Shown here piece after piece: positions 58,257 to 64,000 of a DNA stretch of 64,000 bases. The notes under the pieces are model-generated. The model searched no databases. It was given only the letters and a program-made list of their open reading frames with translations, and was not told the DNA's origin. The stretch covers positions 12,873 through 76,872 of the forward strand of contig CANRNY010000005.1 of assembly GCA_947632085.1 (NCBI GenBank). The letters run 5' to 3'. This DNA is from an uncultured Bacilli bacterium (GTDB lineage: Bacteria > Bacillota_I > Bacilli_A > RF39 > UBA660). Each line of letters starts with the position of its first letter. The first letter of the stretch is position 1. A program made the position numbers and the translations under genes.

Positions 58257-58877
58257 ATGGCAGAAGATAAAAAAGTTTCAGAAACTGAAGTAAAAGAAGA
58301 AGTAAAGAATAATACTTTAGAAAATGAAAATAAGGAAGAAATAAAAAAAGAAGATATGCCAAAAGAGGTAAAAAAAGAAACTTCGGAGGAAAAGAAAAAA
58401 GGTCTTTTTAAGAAGAAGGAAGATGAAGAAAAGAAGAAACTTCAAGTTGAAGTTGATACTTTAAAAGATAAATATTTAAGAGCTAATGCGGAGATGCAAA
58501 ATATGCGTCGTCGTATGGAAGAAGAAAAAGCAAGTCTTCTAAAATATGAAGGAGAAGATTTGATTAAAAAGTTACTACCAATTGTTGATAACTTTGAAAG
58601 AGCTATTCAAATGGATGATACTAATTTAGAAGATGAAGTTAGTAAATTCTTAAGTGGATTTAAAATGATATATGGTAACTTAAGTGATACATTAAAGGGG
58701 TATGAAGTAGAGGTTATGGATATTTTAAATAAGCCATTTGATCCTAATACAATGGAAGCTGTCTTAATGGAAGAAGCTCCTGGTGTAGAACCTAATACTG
58801 TTGTTGATGTATTACAAAAAGGTTATACATATAAAGGCAAAGTTATTAGACATGCGATGGTAAAGGTAAGTAAATAG
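58257..58877 (+). CDS. grpE: nucleotide exchange factor GrpE
   Basis: LR..AE.QN.RRR, LLPIVDNFERA, FDPN, QKGY....VIR.A.V.V. Confidence 0.98.
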   Translation: MAEDKKVSETEVKEEVKNNTLENENKEEIKKEDMPKEVKKETSEEKKKGLFKKKEDEEKKKLQVEVDTLKDKYLRANAEMQNMRRRMEEEKASLLKYEGEDLIKKLLPIVDNFERAIQMDDTNLEDEVSKFLSGFKMIYGNLSDTLKGYEVEVMDILNKPFDPNTMEAVLMEEAPGVEPNTVVDVLQKGYTYKGKVIRHAMVKVSK

Positions 58878-60719
<1,842 letters not shown>

Positions 60720-60731
60720 TATTATGTTAGT

Positions 60732-60757
60732 AAAAGTTCTAGGAAACTAGAACTTTT
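60732..60757 (+). terminator. stem-loop (terminator/processing site) after dnaK
   Basis: aaaagttctag-gaaa-ctagaactttt. Confidence 0.75.
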
Positions 60758-60779
60758 AACTGATATAGAGGAGGAAGTC

Positions 60780-62579
60780 ATGCAAAAATATAATAATCGT
60801 AGTGAAGTACCAGAAAAATATAAATGGGATTTAACTCCCTTCTTTAAGAATGAAGAAGAATATAATCAAACATATGAAAAAACATTAAAAGAAGCAGAAC
60901 AATTTAAAAATTATGTAGGATGTACTAAAGATGCTCATAAGTTATATGAATTTTTAAATTTATATTATGAAGTGTCAGCAGCATTTGAAGATTTATATGT
61001 ATATGCGTTTTTAAAAGATGATGAAGAATTAGGTCAAGAAGAAAATGTTATTCGTAAGAGTAAAGCAGAAAAGTTAGGAGCTGTTTTATCTAATAATACT
61101 AGTTTCTTTGATCCAGAATTACTAAGTTTAAGTAAAAGTGAATATGAAGAATTATTTAATTCTAATAATAAATTATTAGAATATAAAGCTTTACTTGATA
61201 AGACTTATCGTAATAAAGAACATGTTTTATCAGAAAGAGAAGAACAAATTATTAATGAACTTACTACAGCAATGAATCATTATGATGATATGTCTTCTAA
61301 TCTACTTAATAAAGAACATGATTATGGTAAAGTAAAGATAGATGGTGAAAATGTTGTTATTGCGACAACTAATTATCGTTTACTTACAAAGAATAAAGAT
61401 GAAAATATTCGTAAGAAAGTCTATAATTTGTTTAATAAAAAGTTAGAGCAGTATAGTAATAGTAATGCTTATTATTTAAATAGTTATGTTAATATGAACG
61501 ATAAGTTAGCGCAAATCTATTATTTTAAGGATTCTTGGGAACAAAAATTATTTGGGTTAAATTTAAGTGATAAAGTTTTTAAAACATTAGTTAAAACAAC
61601 GGAAGAACATTTAGATTCTTTACATAAATATTTTGCCCTTAAAAGAGATGTTTTGGGTTTAGAACAATTAAGAATGTATGATTTAAATTTAGAGATGGCT
61701 TCATCTACAAAAGAATATACAATAGAAGAGGCACAAGATTTAGTAAGAGAATCGATTAAACCATTAGGTAGTGAATACTCTGATAAATATGAAAAGATAA
61801 TTAAAAATCATTATATTGATTATTGCCAATACAAAGGCAAATGTAGTGGTGGATATTCAGCTTCATCTATTAAACAAGATTCAAGAATATTACTAAGTTT
61901 TAATGGTAATTTAGATTCTGTATCTACTATAGCTCATGAATGTGGTCATAATGTTCATCATCAATTTGAAAATGAAAATAACCCATATCAATATCGTTTT
62001 GTTTCTAATTTAGTAGCTGAGGTTGCCTCATTAACTAATGAATGTTTACTTTCTAGTTATTTAGTAAATAATGGTAAAACGAAAGATGAAAAGCTAGCAG
62101 GTGTAGCTAATATATTAGAAGTTATTACATCTAATTTATTTGGTGCTGTTAGAGAAGGTAAATTAGAACAAGAAATGTATAGTTTGGTACATAAAGGTGG
62201 AGCTATTACTAAAGAGTTTATGGATAAGAAGACTAAGGCTTCTTTAAAGAAATATTATGGACCAGCAGTAAAGATTGATAAGTATGCTAAAAACAAATGG
62301 ATAACTAGAAGTCATTATTATATGCATTTTTATCTATATAGTTATGCTATTTGTATAAGTGTGGCTTCTTCAGTTGCTTCAAAGATATTAGCAGGTGATA
62401 AAGAAATGCTTGATAATTATTTGAAGTTCTTGAAATGTGGTTCTGATAAATGGCCAAGTGAAGCGTTTGCAATATTAGGTGTTTCTTTAGAAGATAAAAA
62501 TGTTTATGAAGAAGCAATTAAGTATTTTGATTCTTTAATAGATAAATTTAGAGCAATATATGAGGGTGAGGTGAAATAA
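60780..62579 (+). CDS. pepF: oligoendopeptidase F (M3B)
   Basis: [42 protein letters not shown]. Confidence 0.93.
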   Translation: MQKYNNRSEVPEKYKWDLTPFFKNEEEYNQTYEKTLKEAEQFKNYVGCTKDAHKLYEFLNLYYEVSAAFEDLYVYAFLKDDEELGQEENVIRKSKAEKLGAVLSNNTSFFDPELLSLSKSEYEELFNSNNKLLEYKALLDKTYRNKEHVLSEREEQIINELTTAMNHYDDMSSNLLNKEHDYGKVKIDGENVVIATTNYRLLTKNKDENIRKKVYNLFNKKLEQYSNSNAYYLNSYVNMNDKLAQIYYFKDSWEQKLFGLNLSDKVFKTLVKTTEEHLDSLHKYFALKRDVLGLEQLRMYDLNLEMASSTKEYTIEEAQDLVRESIKPLGSEYSDKYEKIIKNHYIDYCQYKGKCSGGYSASSIKQDSRILLSFNGNLDSVSTIAHECGHNVHHQFENENNPYQYRFVSNLVAEVASLTNECLLSSYLVNNGKTKDEKLAGVANILEVITSNLFGAVREGKLEQEMYSLVHKGGAITKEFMDKKTKASLKKYYGPAVKIDKYAKNKWITRSHYYMHFYLYSYAICISVASSVASKILAGDKEMLDNYLKFLKCGSDKWPSEAFAILGVSLEDKNVYEEAIKYFDSLIDKFRAIYEGEVK

Positions 62580-63700
62580 TGGCTAGTAGTAAAGATTATT
62601 ATGAAACATTAGGAGTATCTAAAGATGCTTCTGATGATGAGATTAAAAGTGCTTTTAGAAAAATGGCTAAAAAATATCATCCTGATATTAATAAAGAACC
62701 AGGAGCAGAAGCTAAGTTTAAAGAAATAGGAGAAGCTTATTCAGTTTTATCTGATCCAGATAAAAGAAGACAATATGATCAATTAGGTCATGAAGCTTAT
62801 ACTAATGGAGCTAGCCAAGGTGGTTTTGGTGGCGGATTTGGTGGATTTTCTGCTGATGATATCGATTTATCAAGTATTTTTGATGATTTATTTGGTGGCG
62901 GTATGTTTGGTGGAGGTTCTAGAAGAAGTAGTAATCGTCCAACAAAAGGAAGAGATTCACTTGTAAAAGTTAATTTAACTTTTGAAGAAGCAGTTTTTGG
63001 TTGCAAGAAAACGATTGACTTAGATTTAGATACAGAATGTGATGATTGTGATGGCAAAGGTGGAACTGGTGAAGAAACTTGTCATACTTGTGGTGGCCGT
63101 GGTCGTGTAATAACGCAACAAAGAACAATGTTTGGAGTATTCCAATCAGAAAGTACGTGTCCTGATTGTAAAGGTAAAGGAAAAACATTTAAAAACGTTT
63201 GTAAAAAATGTAATGGAACTGGTCATGTAGTTAAAAACAAAGAAATTGAAATTACAGTTCCTGAAGGTGTAGATACAGGTCATCAATTAAGAATAACTGG
63301 TAAGGGTGCTGCTGGATATAATGGTGGACCTAATGGCGATATTTATATTGAATTTGTGGTAAAAGATCATCCATTATTTGAAAGAAAAGAAAATGATATT
63401 TATGTAGATGTTCCTTTAACAATTACTGAAGCTGTTTTAGGTTGTAAAAAAGAAGTACCGACACTTGATGGAACAGTAGTTTTAAGTGTTGATGCTGGTA
63501 GTCAACCTGGTGATCAATTAAGATTACGTGGTAAAGGAGTTAAAGATCCAACACGTAATAAAAAGGGTGATATGTATGTCGTATTAGATGTTATTATTCC
63601 TGATAAACTTGATCGCAAACAAAAAGATTTATTTAAAGAACTAGCTAAAACGGATTTAGAAACTGGTTCAGCATTTAAAAATTATAAAAAGTACTTATAA
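62579..63700 (+). CDS. dnaJ: chaperone DnaJ
   Basis: HPD J-domain, G/F region, four CxxCxGxG repeats. Confidence 0.99.
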   Translation: MASSKDYYETLGVSKDASDDEIKSAFRKMAKKYHPDINKEPGAEAKFKEIGEAYSVLSDPDKRRQYDQLGHEAYTNGASQGGFGGGFGGFSADDIDLSSIFDDLFGGGMFGGGSRRSSNRPTKGRDSLVKVNLTFEEAVFGCKKTIDLDLDTECDDCDGKGGTGEETCHTCGGRGRVITQQRTMFGVFQSESTCPDCKGKGKTFKNVCKKCNGTGHVVKNKEIEITVPEGVDTGHQLRITGKGAAGYNGGPNGDIYIEFVVKDHPLFERKENDIYVDVPLTITEAVLGCKKEVPTLDGTVVLSVDAGSQPGDQLRLRGKGVKDPTRNKKGDMYVVLDVIIPDKLDRKQKDLFKELAKTDLETGSAFKNYKKYL

Positions 63701-63738
63701 TAAAATAAGACATTTCATTGAAGAAATGTCTTATTTTA
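63701..63738. terminator. bidirectional terminator
   Basis: taaaataagacatttc / gaaatgtcttatttta 16-bp stem between convergent genes. Confidence 0.85.
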
Positions 63739-64000
63739 ATCTCTTACGATCAAAAATGGCATCGATAGAGAAAGGTTTATAAATAGTTGTTAAAGCATAT
63801 AGAGTTGTGGTAGAAATTAATCGTTTACCATTTTCATAATCAGAATATGTACTATCAGCAATATTTAATCTTTTACATAATTCACGTTGGGTAATATTAT
63901 TTGCTTTTCTTAAGGCTTTAAGATTTTTAGATATATTTTCTAAATTAAAAACAATTTTATCATATAATAAATTGTGTTTAGTAAGGCCATATAAATAGTC
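63731..64000 (-). CDS. XRE-family HTH regulator, 5'-truncated by window edge (probably tandem HTH)
   Basis: Manual translation: DYLYGLT...NLKALRKANNITQRELCKRLNIADSTYSDYENGKRLI...SIDAIFDRKRLK*. Confidence 0.85.
   Translation of the reverse strand, partial: DYLYGLTKHNLLYDKIVFNLENISKNLKALRKANNITQRELCKRLNIADSTYSDYENGKRLISTTTLYALTTIYKPFSIDAIFDRKRLK

Overview
Very AT-rich chromosomal segment of a walled, low-GC Bacillota genome using the standard code (TGA stops occur; gene content and style suggest an RF39/UBA660-like Bacilli lineage, which is inference). The backbone is conserved Firmicutes housekeeping synteny: pyrG; rimM-trmD-rplS-lepB-rbgA-rnhB-topA; lepA-hemW-hrcA-grpE-dnaK-dnaJ. It is repeatedly interrupted by accessory genes: cell-envelope enzymes (amidase, NagZ, VanY, LtaS-like, O-antigen-ligase family), two giant CnaB/isopeptide-repeat adhesins, an atypical sortase, a metal/oxidative-stress cluster and an internally deleted RhuM gene flanked by a duplication of the rbgA start. 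No rRNA, tRNA, CRISPR array, transposase or integrase was seen. The strongest unexplained signal is an approximately 330-nt stand-alone structured RNA at 41155-41483. It has its own sigma-A promoter and terminator, five tandem hairpins in a multibranch loop and two pseudoknot-type pairings, and matches no RNA family I recognise. Other notable items are an mTERF-like protein next to rbgA, a leader-peptide attenuator upstream of an ABC exporter, and a non-canonical pyrG attenuator.
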